In this document: positions 44,385 through 52,920 of the stretch, in pieces
Layout of the letters: the number at the start of each line of letters is the position of its first letter
Position numbering within the stretch: the first letter of the stretch is position 1
Source of the DNA: a virus
Lineage: Duplodnaviria; Caudoviricetes
Virus record (IMG/VR): IMGVR_UViG_3300030085_001335
Span: 1 to 55,758 of that record
DNA length: 55,758 nucleotides
Reading direction: 5' to 3' (one strand)
Translations under genes and position numbers: made by a program
The notes under the pieces: model-generated
Told to the model about the DNA's origin: nothing
The model's database searches: none
What the model saw: only the letters and a program-made list of their open reading frames with translations

Positions 44385-44798
44385 ATGAGAGATGTAAACA
44401 GAATCGTACTACACTGCTCAGCTACTGTAGAAGGTAAAGAGTATTCTGTAGATACTATAAGAAGCTGGCACACAGCAAAAGGTTGGTCTGATATAGGGTA
44501 TCACTATCTCATTAGTCTAGATGGATGCATAGGTATTGGTAGACCAATAGACAAGCAGGGTGCTCACGTTAGGGGTCACAACAAAGATACTATCGGTATC
44601 TGTTATGTTGGTGGTGTAGATGCTGACCTCAAACCAAAAGACACTATGACTCCAGAACAGGAAGATGCTTTCAGAGAACTTGTTGCTTCTATCAGAACTT
44701 TGTTTGGAGAAGATATAACTATTCATGGTCACAACGAATTTTCATCAAAGGCTTGTCCTAGCTTTACAGTTAAGGAAAAATTCTCTGATTTATATTAA
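44385..44798 (+). CDS. N-acetylmuramoyl-L-alanine amidase (T7 lysozyme-like endolysin)
   Basis: IVLHCSAT, GWSDIGYHY, GAHVRGHN, IGICYVGG, HGHNEFSSKACPSF. Confidence 0.93.
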   Translation: MRDVNRIVLHCSATVEGKEYSVDTIRSWHTAKGWSDIGYHYLISLDGCIGIGRPIDKQGAHVRGHNKDTIGICYVGGVDADLKPKDTMTPEQEDAFRELVASIRTLFGEDITIHGHNEFSSKACPSFTVKEKFSDLY

Positions 44799-44815
44799 CT
44801 ATTAAACTAACAATT

Positions 44816-44878
44816 ATGATTTGCGAAACATGTTGTAACTGTCCTTTGTGTGCTTTGTGTCCTTTTTGCAAGGGATAG
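44816..44878 (+). CDS. 20-aa Cys-rich micropeptide
   Basis: MICETCCNCPLCALCPFCKG (7 Cys) after the A-rich leader ATTAAACTAACAATT. Confidence 0.5.
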   Translation: MICETCCNCPLCALCPFCKG

Positions 44879-44896
44879 ATTAGATCTTAAATAATC

Positions 44897-45154
44897 ATGA
44901 AAGCTCCGATTACCTTCGAGCAGTTTGTAAAGAATCCTACGATGGCAGTATTCTTTTTGGTGACACTAGCAGTTGGCTATCTGTACATTGATAACAGGAT
45001 GAACTACACTAGCCAGATAGAGGCATGCTCTAAACGCACAATCTATTTAGAAGGTAAGATAGAACAACTTTCCATACGATTACATAAGAGTGATAGCATC
45101 CTAGCTAGGACTGCTGCAAGACTTGAAATACTTAATGAGCTTGCAGGTAAATAA
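44897..45154 (+). CDS. Single-TM coiled-coil protein (lysis-associated candidate)
   Basis: AVFFLVTLAVGYLYI followed by a coiled coil; near the endolysin. Confidence 0.55.
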   Translation: MKAPITFEQFVKNPTMAVFFLVTLAVGYLYIDNRMNYTSQIEACSKRTIYLEGKIEQLSIRLHKSDSILARTAARLEILNELAGK

Positions 45155-45614
45155 TAAATACATAATAGCTATAGCCGTAGTAGTTGTCGTATGTACGCTA
45201 CTCATTCGAAACTGCAACAATGAAGTTGACACAGTAGATTATACTCCTCAGTACAGGTATGAAACCATTCGAGATACAGTAACTACCACAATAACCAAGA
45301 CTAAGATTGACACCATAGTTATTGAGATAGAAGAAACTATCAATAACATTATGGATAGAACAGAGACTGTGGTTAGGGAGGTAATAAAAGAAAGGGACTC
45401 AATGGTTGTGCGAGTGGTTGAGCTAGAGCAAGTGACCAATATCTTTGTTTACGATACTGTAAAAGTATTTGTAGATATACCTCCAGATAGTGTAACAGTT
45501 TATAGCATATGGGAGTACGAAAGCTTTGACGGAATAGAAAAGACAACTAAGAGGGATACCTTACAAAAGAATAGAGTACATAGGCATTACGCTCAGAAAT
45601 ACATCATTAAATAG
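45135..45614 (+). CDS. N-terminally anchored membrane protein (spanin-like candidate)
   Basis: YIIAIAVVVVVCTLLI anchor and DT-rich beta repeats; start moved to ATG 45135. Confidence 0.45.
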   Translation: MSLQVNNKYIIAIAVVVVVCTLLIRNCNNEVDTVDYTPQYRYETIRDTVTTTITKTKIDTIVIEIEETINNIMDRTETVVREVIKERDSMVVRVVELEQVTNIFVYDTVKVFVDIPPDSVTVYSIWEYESFDGIEKTTKRDTLQKNRVHRHYAQKYIIK

Positions 45615-45631
45615 CCAAGGTGTTTATTAAT

Positions 45632-45639
45632 TATCTTTG
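45632..45639 (+). promoter_or_regulatory. -7 promoter box TATCTTTG
   Basis: 5 nt before ATG 45645. Confidence 0.6.
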
Positions 45640-45644
45640 CTTTT

Positions 45645-45941
45645 ATGAAAGCCAGAAAAAGAATTAAAAACTTACTAAAAAAGCACAATCTTTCTGGTGT
45701 GAATAAGCCAAAGAAGACTCCTGGTCACCCAAAGAAGTCTCACATGGTTTTGGCTAAAGAAGGTGAAAAAGTAAGACTGATTCGTTTTGGTCAACAAGGA
45801 GCTAAGACTGCAGGGAAACCCAAAGCTGGCGAAAGTGATAGAATGAAAAAGAAGAGAGCTTCTTTTAAAGCTAGACACAGAAAGAATATTAAGAAAGGAA
45901 AAATGTCTGCCGCATATTGGGCAAATAAAGTGAAGTGGTAA
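45645..45941 (+). CDS. Conserved basic phage protein
   Basis: HPKKSHMVLAK...IRFGQQG...SFKARH...SAAYWANKVKW. Confidence 0.7.
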   Translation: MKARKRIKNLLKKHNLSGVNKPKKTPGHPKKSHMVLAKEGEKVRLIRFGQQGAKTAGKPKAGESDRMKKKRASFKARHRKNIKKGKMSAAYWANKVKW

Positions 45942-45942
45942 A

Positions 45943-46152
45943 ATGGATTTAGATTTAACTCAGTACGAAATAATCATGGTAGTTGGAGCTCTTGTTGCAA
46001 CTTGGGTGAAACACAGAATTGATTATTCTAAATTAGAAGCTAAGGTTTATACTTTAGAGCAAGACAATAGAGGCTTCAAAGAAGATCTTAAAACCTTGAT
46101 TGAGGCAGTACAAGAGATTAAATTATTACTAGCAAAAAACCAAGTAGAATGA
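45943..46152 (+). CDS. Single-TM coiled-coil protein
   Basis: IIMVVGALVATWV followed by a heptad pattern. Confidence 0.55.
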   Translation: MDLDLTQYEIIMVVGALVATWVKHRIDYSKLEAKVYTLEQDNRGFKEDLKTLIEAVQEIKLLLAKNQVE

Positions 46153-46373
46153 AACCAATTATGTTTTTAGTAGGTATAGTACTTTTATCTATAGTCTCAA
46201 TAGTAGTGTATTACTTTGTGGCGTTACACAAAGGTGAAATAAAAGACGAGGACAAGAACTTTGTTCCAGATGCAGTTGACTCTGCTGCCGATGAGCTAAA
46301 AAAGAAAGCTAAGAAAGTTAAGAAAGAACTTAAAGATGTTGCTGACGCAATAACTGGCAATAACAAGAAGTAA
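46149..46373 (+). CDS. Single-TM protein
   Basis: IMFLVGIVLLSIVSIVVYYFVAL followed by DEDKNFVPD. Confidence 0.6.
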   Translation: MKPIMFLVGIVLLSIVSIVVYYFVALHKGEIKDEDKNFVPDAVDSAADELKKKAKKVKKELKDVADAITGNNKK

Positions 46374-46374
46374 T

Positions 46375-46554
46375 ATGAAAGCTAAGAAGAAAGAAGTTAG
46401 TAAGCTTAAGATAACTAATCAAGAGGTTGCTATTGATGCACCTAAGGGACATCACTGGATGCTAGAGCAGGGCAGATACTACTTAATGAAAGGTGAGTAC
46501 AAGCCTCATGATAAAGCTGTAAGAAAAGCTAAGTTTAAACTTGCTAGTCACTAA
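46375..46554 (+). CDS. Small basic protein (59 aa, not in ORF track)
   Basis: MKAKKKEV...APKGHHWM...YLMKGEYKPH...KLASH; TAATG-coupled. Confidence 0.6.
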   Translation: MKAKKKEVSKLKITNQEVAIDAPKGHHWMLEQGRYYLMKGEYKPHDKAVRKAKFKLASH

Positions 46555-46748
46555 TGGCTAAGATGAAGTTCAACCCTAAGTATACTAAAGGTAGCTCTGA
46601 TACTTCAAAGCGCAAGAAGCTTATGGCGCAAATAGCTGCTATATATAAAAAGTATAGGGGCACAAAAGGTAAAAGAAAAAAGAAAGGTTTCCCTCCAGCA
46701 GTTGCTGCGAGGCTTAAAGAATTAATGAAACAAAGAGACGCAATATGA
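46554..46748 (+). CDS. Small basic protein
   Basis: NPKYTKG...KRKKLMAQI; coupled on both sides. Confidence 0.6.
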   Translation: MAKMKFNPKYTKGSSDTSKRKKLMAQIAAIYKKYRGTKGKRKKKGFPPAVAARLKELMKQRDAI

Positions 46749-47119
46749 AAGCGATAAAAGGTAAAAAGAAAAGACTGCTTAGAAGAGCAGATAGAAAAGA
46801 AGAAAAATCTAATAAACTAATGTCTGACGCCAAATCTCTTTGGCAAAAAGGTAAAGGCATGAAAGAACAAGAAGGTGTTAATGCTGAAGAGTTAGGTCAA
46901 GGCATGCAAGTGAGATCTGAGGCGAAAGGGGAAAAAGCACTCGAGTTAAAAAAAGAAGCTGAGGTTCTTCGTAAAAGAGCTGCTGCTTACAAGAAAGGAG
47001 GAAAAGTACCTACTTATGCTTATGGAGGTAAAGTGTATGCTGAGAAAGGCGCTATGCTAAAAGCTATGCTTAAAGATCCTAAGCAAGCAGCTATTGCTAA
47101 AAAAGAATTAGGGCTGTAA
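46745..47119 (+). CDS. Basic protein with repeated YxxGG motifs
   Basis: YKKGGKV, YAYGGKV, AEKGAML. Confidence 0.6.
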   Translation: MKAIKGKKKRLLRRADRKEEKSNKLMSDAKSLWQKGKGMKEQEGVNAEELGQGMQVRSEAKGEKALELKKEAEVLRKRAAAYKKGGKVPTYAYGGKVYAEKGAMLKAMLKDPKQAAIAKKELGL

Positions 47120-47121
47120 CA

Positions 47122-47361
47122 GTGAAGGCTATAAAGAAATATAAGAAAGGCGGTAAAGCCAAGAAGGGTAAATCATTCAAGGATCTTGACGCTGCTGAGA
47201 AAGAAGTTTACCGTAGAGGTCTCGCTGCTTATATGTCTTCTGGTAATAGACCAAAAACTTCCCAGCATGCTTGGGCTATGGCTAGAGTGAAAAGCGCTTT
47301 TGGTAAAAGGGAAGCTGCTAAGATAAGAAGAGAGAAAGGAAAGAAGAAAAAGAAGAAGTAA
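47122..47361 (+). CDS. Basic protein, DUF5824-like motif
   Basis: VYRRGLAAYMSSGNRPKTSQHAWAMARV; GTG start. Confidence 0.55.
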   Translation: MKAIKKYKKGGKAKKGKSFKDLDAAEKEVYRRGLAAYMSSGNRPKTSQHAWAMARVKSAFGKREAAKIRREKGKKKKKK

Positions 47362-47383
47362 AATACGCATACGAAAAAGTCTT

Positions 47384-47391
47384 TATATTTG
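47384..47391 (+). promoter_or_regulatory. -7 promoter box TATATTTG for the head-gene operon
   Basis: Intergenic; 23 nt before ATG 47415. Confidence 0.65.
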
Positions 47392-47414
47392 CAAATAAAT
47401 AACTAAAAAAAGAA

Positions 47415-47828
47415 ATGGCATTATCACAAACCCCTAACGTTACCGCATCTCTTACTTTGAGCAGCCCTAACTTAATCAATGACGCTCTTGCGTTAACTGT
47501 TACGGCTAAGCTTAATAAAGCAGGTGCGAGCGATAGCCTTGATCAAGTCAACGGTGTATCGCGAAAAATTTATGCTGCTGCTACTACAGCAGATAACTTA
47601 TTTGCTGCTGCTGACTACTCAGACAATAAAGCTCATAAGCTTTACATTAAAAACGCCTCAACAACTGTTGGTGAGTTTATTAACATAGAGCTTGGATCGT
47701 CAAATACAGCTGTAGGTAGATTGTATGCTGGAGAGTGGGCTTTCCTCCCTTGGGATGGAACTAACGATGTTGACATCGATACTAGCGCAGGATTGACAAT
47801 CGAGTACGCATTATTCTACGAAGCATAA
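47415..47828 (+). CDS. Small virion structural protein
   Basis: Ala/Thr/Ser-rich; LYIKN...RLYAGEWAFLPW. Confidence 0.5.
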   Translation: MALSQTPNVTASLTLSSPNLINDALALTVTAKLNKAGASDSLDQVNGVSRKIYAAATTADNLFAAADYSDNKAHKLYIKNASTTVGEFINIELGSSNTAVGRLYAGEWAFLPWDGTNDVDIDTSAGLTIEYALFYEA

Positions 47829-47832
47829 GACT

Positions 47833-48216
47833 ATGGCACATCCATCAGAAGATTTAGAAAACAGACTTTATTATTCAACCAGTAATGACGTTTTATTACC
47901 AACTCCAGCCACTGGAGCCACGCATTTTCGTAAAGTAGTGTGTACTGTAGCTGGAAACCTTAGGGTGTTTGGGGGAATTGCTGAATTTGTTGATGTTAGT
48001 GAGTTAGCTGACGATGCAGCAGCACAAATTTATACAAACCCAACAACTGGAGTTGCTTTCACAGATAAGGCAGAGGCTGTTGCACTGGGTGACGGATGTT
48101 ATGAAAAGCACACAGCGTTTATCTCTGTAGCGATGGTTGCTGGTGATGTTATAGAGGGTAAGTTTTATAAGATTCAAGGAGACACATCCATCCACTACTT
48201 TGCTTACGCACGATAA
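47833..48216 (+). CDS. Hypothetical (probably structural) protein
   Basis: 127 aa in the head operon. Confidence 0.5.
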   Translation: MAHPSEDLENRLYYSTSNDVLLPTPATGATHFRKVVCTVAGNLRVFGGIAEFVDVSELADDAAAQIYTNPTTGVAFTDKAEAVALGDGCYEKHTAFISVAMVAGDVIEGKFYKIQGDTSIHYFAYAR

Positions 48217-48240
48217 GAAAATAAATAATAATTAAATACA

Positions 48241-49389
48241 ATGGAAGAAAATAATAATACAGCGCAAGCTGAAGAAACAAACACGCCTTCTTGGTCCTTT
48301 GTGACTGAAGAAGAGGTGGCTGCCTCTATGTCTCAAAGTCAAGAGCAGCCTAGTGCAGAACCTGTAGTAGAACCAACAGTGGATACTACAGAAGAACCAA
48401 CGGTAGACACGAATGAGACTGTCACACAGGATGCAGTTCAAGAACCTACCTTGGAACAAGAAAATAGATTTAACGTGACAACTGATGACTTCCAGTCTGA
48501 GGATGTTACTGAAGATAATGGGTTTAGTAATGAAGAACTAGAATCTAGTGTTCTCTCATATTTGAGCGAAAGGCTCGGAAGAGATTTCAATAGTTTCGAT
48601 GATCTAAATGCTACCCAGCAACAAGGAGGGCTAGATGAAAGAATCTCAGCTATAGCGAGTTTTGTTGAAGAGACTGGCAGGGATCCAGAGGACTGGTTCA
48701 TGTATCAGCGTTTAAACCCATCCGAAATGGATGACTTAACAGCTGTGCAAGTTCAAATGGCTTTAGATTACCCTAACCTATCTCAGACAGAAATCTCGAC
48801 TCTTCTCAACTCTAAGTATAAGGTTGATGAAGATATGCATACTGAGGAAGAAATCAGTCTATCTAAGTTGCAACTGAAGATTGATGCGACTAGCGCAAGG
48901 CAGAATGTTGATAAATTTAGAACTCAATACAAAGCCCCAGAAGTTAATCGTACTCAAGAACCAGAATCTTTGTTTGATGATGAATGGTATGGTCAAATGA
49001 AACAAGAGCTTGACTCTTTAGAAGGGATCGATTTCGATCTTGGAAATGGAAACAAGTTTACTCTTGGTTTATCTGACAATTACAAGAATCAACTAGCAGA
49101 GAAGAATTCTCATCTTGATGAGTACTTTGATCCTTATGTGCACGAGGATGGAAGTTGGGATTTTGACAAGCTTAATATGCACAGAGCCGTTGTCGATAAT
49201 ATCGAAATGATTGTTAAGTCAGTATACCAACAAGGTATGAGTGACGGACAACGAGGAATTGTAGATAAAGCAGCTAACGTCAATACTAAGTCTCCAGGTC
49301 AAGGTGGTTTTCCAGAACAATCAAATCCGTTAAGTGAACAGCTTAGGCAAGCACTTGGTGGAGGCGATACAATGACTTTTAAATTATAA
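48241..49389 (+). CDS. Putative scaffolding protein
   Basis: Very acidic low-complexity N-terminus; EETGR and YQQGMSD...KAANV; directly upstream of the capsid gene. Confidence 0.6.
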   Translation: MEENNNTAQAEETNTPSWSFVTEEEVAASMSQSQEQPSAEPVVEPTVDTTEEPTVDTNETVTQDAVQEPTLEQENRFNVTTDDFQSEDVTEDNGFSNEELESSVLSYLSERLGRDFNSFDDLNATQQQGGLDERISAIASFVEETGRDPEDWFMYQRLNPSEMDDLTAVQVQMALDYPNLSQTEISTLLNSKYKVDEDMHTEEEISLSKLQLKIDATSARQNVDKFRTQYKAPEVNRTQEPESLFDDEWYGQMKQELDSLEGIDFDLGNGNKFTLGLSDNYKNQLAEKNSHLDEYFDPYVHEDGSWDFDKLNMHRAVVDNIEMIVKSVYQQGMSDGQRGIVDKAANVNTKSPGQGGFPEQSNPLSEQLRQALGGGDTMTFKL

Positions 49390-49409
49390 CTTTTTAAATA
49401 CATAAAAAA

Positions 49410-50795
49410 ATGGCTATTACTGCTACACAACAAGGAAGCGATGTCGCTGCTTTGTTAAACACAGCCCCAGAGAAATATGTGTCTTTGGGTGACCTCCTTA
49501 AGTACAACAAACCAGACAACCGTGAACTATACGTTCAAACTTATGGTGATCAAGGTATCACAGGTTTCTTGGAAATGACAGGAGCTGTAAAAAACGCTGG
49601 TACTGCTGACCAAGTTCAGTACTGGGAAGAAGGAAGACTTCACAAAACAGTTACTGTAAATGGTAACATTGCTGCACAGGCTAGTACAGAATCAAATGTT
49701 AGCGTTACTTCTGTTGGTGATGATCAATGTCGAGTAAATGATGTTCTTTTAACTCCTGCTGGAGTACGTCTTGTTGTTACCGCTGTTTCTGGAACTGGAA
49801 TTACAGCAAGAACTATGGATGGAAACGCTTTTGCTGCAGAGACTGCACCAGGGGTTATACCTATTATTGGTAACATTTATGCTCAAGGTACAGCACAACC
49901 AATTAATTTCTATCAAACTGACGTTACTAAGCGTACTAACGATTTCTTAATCACTAAAGAGACTTTCCAAGTAAATGGTTCTCAAGCTACTAACATCGGT
50001 TGGATCGATGCAGGTAACGGAGACTTCCGTTGGTATGTTAAAGGTGAGATGGATACTCGTAAGCGTTTCATGAATCAACGTGAGATGATGATGTTGCTTT
50101 CTGAAAGATTTGATACTGCTTTGTCTGGATCGAGTGCAGGTGATAGTAATGCTACTAACGATGCGATTGCATTAGCTAGTGGTGTTACAACTGGTTCTGA
50201 AGGTTACTTCGCTGCTATTGAAGATAGAGGTGTCACTACAACTGGTGACTTTGACTCTATGGCTGATATCGATAAGATCATCTTGCTTCTTGACAAGGAA
50301 GGTGCTCCAGCTGAGTACGCAATGTATGTGAACACTCAGACTTCATTGAACATGGATGATATGGTTGCTTCTGGTATTGCTACTGCTACTACTGCTGGTC
50401 TTCCAGGTCAGTTCGGTGCTTTCCAAAACTCTGCAGACATGGCTGTTCAACTTGGATTCAAATCATTTACTCGTGGTGGTTACACTTTCCACAAGCATGA
50501 TTGGAAACTATTGAACGATCCTACTTTGTTGGGTGCTTTCGGTACTCCGTTGTACAAAGGAGCTATGGTTCCAATGTCTCAAGTTGCTGATGCTAAGACT
50601 GGTGTTAAAGCTCCAGCTCTTGAAATGAACTACAAGGCTGCTAACGGATACTCTCGTGAAATGGAACACTGGGTAACTGGTGGTGGAGTTCTTGGGTTCG
50701 CTACTGATGGTGATGATGTGGCTAAGTTCCACTACCGTTCAGAGTGTAACTTGATCACTCGTGCCGCTAACAAGCACGTGCTTCTTAAGTCGTAA
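49410..50795 (+). CDS. Major capsid protein
   Basis: 461 aa; WEEGRLH, GSEGYFAAIEDRG, LGFKSFTRGGYTFHKHDWK, SECNLITRAAN; strongly biased codons; followed by a hairpin. Confidence 0.85.
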   Translation: MAITATQQGSDVAALLNTAPEKYVSLGDLLKYNKPDNRELYVQTYGDQGITGFLEMTGAVKNAGTADQVQYWEEGRLHKTVTVNGNIAAQASTESNVSVTSVGDDQCRVNDVLLTPAGVRLVVTAVSGTGITARTMDGNAFAAETAPGVIPIIGNIYAQGTAQPINFYQTDVTKRTNDFLITKETFQVNGSQATNIGWIDAGNGDFRWYVKGEMDTRKRFMNQREMMMLLSERFDTALSGSSAGDSNATNDAIALASGVTTGSEGYFAAIEDRGVTTTGDFDSMADIDKIILLLDKEGAPAEYAMYVNTQTSLNMDDMVASGIATATTAGLPGQFGAFQNSADMAVQLGFKSFTRGGYTFHKHDWKLLNDPTLLGAFGTPLYKGAMVPMSQVADAKTGVKAPALEMNYKAANGYSREMEHWVTGGGVLGFATDGDDVAKFHYRSECNLITRAANKHVLLKS

Positions 50796-50803
50796 ACTAA
50801 TAA

Positions 50804-50837
50804 AGCAAGGGGTTCTTCATTGAGCCTCTTGCTATTT
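50804..50837 (+). terminator. Hairpin terminator after the capsid gene (weak U-tract)
   Basis: AGCAAGGGGUUC-UUCAUU-GAGCCUCUUGCU then AUUU. Confidence 0.6.
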
Positions 50838-50871
50838 AACTTATTTATAAAATTTTTAAAAAACAAAAAAA

Positions 50872-51210
50872 ATGAACGTACCAGCTAAAGATAAAATGCT
50901 TTATTTTGCCGCTACTGCTGATGCTGCTATTTGCTTCAAAGCTAGTGAGCTAAGAGGTATGCACATGTTAACTGATGACGTTATTACCTTTCAGTTTTCA
51001 AATGTAGCAACTCTAACAAATGGATCTCCAAATGCAAACGCTACGATTAGCATTAGTAGTGAAAAACAAAAAGAAGTTATGGAAGCTATTTCAAATGAGC
51101 TTGCTTTCGGTAACAATGCTTTTGTTGTCATTGCTGATCAAGTAAACTCTGCTTTCTTTAATTCAGATATTACTGGTTGCACAGGTGTAACTTTTGATAA
51201 TGTTGGATAA
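50872..51210 (+). CDS. Possible capsid-associated/decoration protein
   Basis: 112 aa immediately after the capsid gene. Confidence 0.5.
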   Translation: MNVPAKDKMLYFAATADAAICFKASELRGMHMLTDDVITFQFSNVATLTNGSPNANATISISSEKQKEVMEAISNELAFGNNAFVVIADQVNSAFFNSDITGCTGVTFDNVG

Positions 51211-51224
51211 TAATTTTTAGAATT

Positions 51225-51256
51225 GAGTGGTCGCATTTTGCGGCTACTCTTTTCTT
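51225..51256 (+). terminator. Intrinsic terminator
   Basis: GAGUGGUCGCA-UUU-UGCGGCUACUC then UUUUCUU. Confidence 0.8.
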
Positions 51257-51263
51257 ACTTTTG
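51256..51263 (+). promoter_or_regulatory. -7 promoter box TACTTTTG
   Basis: Abuts the terminator; precedes ATG 51288. Confidence 0.5.
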
Positions 51264-51287
51264 TATCAATAATTTAATTTAACAATA

Positions 51288-52103
51288 ATGGAAAATAATA
51301 CTAAAGCCCCAGTAAAGGGGAGACAAGCGGCTAAAACAGCTGCTCCAAAACCACAAGCGAAATCCGCTTCATTCAAGCCTACAATTCGTAGGGAACAGAA
51401 AACAAATCAGATCAAAGAGTATAGACTTGTAAAGAAGTCTGGAGCTACTTTCTTAATGCAACAGAAGAATGTTACTGTTGTCCAAGATGGTAAGCTTCGT
51501 GAAATTAGATACTGTCCTAACGAACCATCTATTTACCGTGATGAGCAAGATGACAAGTCTACTCGTGAGGCAGTTGTATTCCTAGAGGGCAGAATTTTTG
51601 TTCGTCCAGATCAACCAAACCTTGCTGAATACCTTGACGTCCACCCAGATAATAAAACTAATGGTGGTAATAGATTCTACATGTACAAGAAAGAGGTTGT
51701 GTCTGAAAGAAAGCTTGAAGATGAATTTAAGATGCATGACGCTATTAGTCTAATTAGAAACAAAGACTTAGAAGAACTGCTTTCTGTGGCTATATCATTC
51801 GGGTTTGATGTTGACAGACCAGTAAATGAGATCAAGCATGACTTAATGGTTATGGCTAAGAAGAGTCCTCAAGCGTTTATTGAGTCATTCGACAACCCTA
51901 TTGTAGAGATGAAGACACTAATCTCTCAAGCTTCTAAGTATCAAGTGATTAAGCTTACTGAGAAGGGTGCGTTCTGGTTTGACAGCAACAAGCTTATTGT
52001 ATCTGTCCCTGCAGGTAAAGACCCAATGGATGTATTTGTTAGATACTGTATGACCGAGGCTGCTGTCCCAGTAGTAGAGGAAATAAAGAAACAACTAAAG
52101 TAA
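51288..52103 (+). CDS. Conserved structural-module protein
   Basis: REIRYCPNEPSIYRDEQ, YLDVHPDN; lies between capsid and tail ring genes. Confidence 0.55.
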   Translation: MENNTKAPVKGRQAAKTAAPKPQAKSASFKPTIRREQKTNQIKEYRLVKKSGATFLMQQKNVTVVQDGKLREIRYCPNEPSIYRDEQDDKSTREAVVFLEGRIFVRPDQPNLAEYLDVHPDNKTNGGNRFYMYKKEVVSERKLEDEFKMHDAISLIRNKDLEELLSVAISFGFDVDRPVNEIKHDLMVMAKKSPQAFIESFDNPIVEMKTLISQASKYQVIKLTEKGAFWFDSNKLIVSVPAGKDPMDVFVRYCMTEAAVPVVEEIKKQLK

Positions 52104-52121
52104 TACAATACACTATCTGTT

Positions 52122-52157
52122 GAAAGGAGCTTCCAAATAAGGAGGCTCTTTTCTTTT
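52122..52157 (+). terminator. Intrinsic terminator
   Basis: GAAAGGAGCUUCC-AAAUAA-GGAGGCUCUUUUC then UUUU. Confidence 0.75.
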
Positions 52158-52158
52158 G

Positions 52159-52166
52159 TATATTTG
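52159..52166 (+). promoter_or_regulatory. -7 promoter box TATATTTG
   Basis: 4 nt before ATG 52171. Confidence 0.65.
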
Positions 52167-52170
52167 CTGC

Positions 52171-52920
52171 ATGGCAAGTATTAAAGTCGTATATGACACA
52201 CTGTTAAGTCTGGTCAACAAAGATCAGAGAGGATTTGTCACGCCAAGAGTTTTTAATGAGTTTGCAGGGGTAGCCCAGCTAAACATATACAACAGACTTT
52301 TTGACGATCTAAAAGATGCTCACAGAAATCGCAGGGCAAGTTTTGATCCTGGTCGTGATAAGTCTTTATTCAAAAGAATAAATGAAGATTTATCAGTATT
52401 CTCTAGAACCAAAACATTGGCGAGAGTTGATGGCGTATTTAAGAAGCCAGATGATCTTAGTCGTATCATTTCTGCTACAACCTTTGGACCCGTGCTTCTT
52501 GGACAGTCTAATAGAACACCTATTGAGATGTGCTATGATGAGGATAAGATTGATAGAATCCTTAGGAGCAACATTAGTTCGCCAACTGAAGACTTTCCTA
52601 TTGCGTTAGTATCAGATGACATAGAGCTTTTCCCAACGTCTATAAACAGATTGAGATTAAAGTATTACAAGATACCTCAGAGTGTAAGTGCTGATGGCAC
52701 TCCTAGTACTAACTCCCCTACTTATGGAACTGTAACCTTTCTGGGGGCGGATGTGTACTCGCAAGGTAATAGCTCAGACTTTGAACTGCCTAATCATTAC
52801 GTATCACTACTGGTTATAGAGATTGCTCAACTCATAGGTGTAAACTTGAGAGACAAGGATGTACAGACTTACGGTACGATGGAGCAAGCTGACAATGATC
52901 AACAACAAAGCTTTAGATAA
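52171..52920 (+). CDS. Tail adaptor/ring protein
   Basis: VYDTLLSLVNKDQRGFVTPRVFN, YYKIP, DFELP, IGVNLRD; start moved to ATG 52171. Confidence 0.6.
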   Translation: MASIKVVYDTLLSLVNKDQRGFVTPRVFNEFAGVAQLNIYNRLFDDLKDAHRNRRASFDPGRDKSLFKRINEDLSVFSRTKTLARVDGVFKKPDDLSRIISATTFGPVLLGQSNRTPIEMCYDEDKIDRILRSNISSPTEDFPIALVSDDIELFPTSINRLRLKYYKIPQSVSADGTPSTNSPTYGTVTFLGADVYSQGNSSDFELPNHYVSLLVIEIAQLIGVNLRDKDVQTYGTMEQADNDQQQSFR

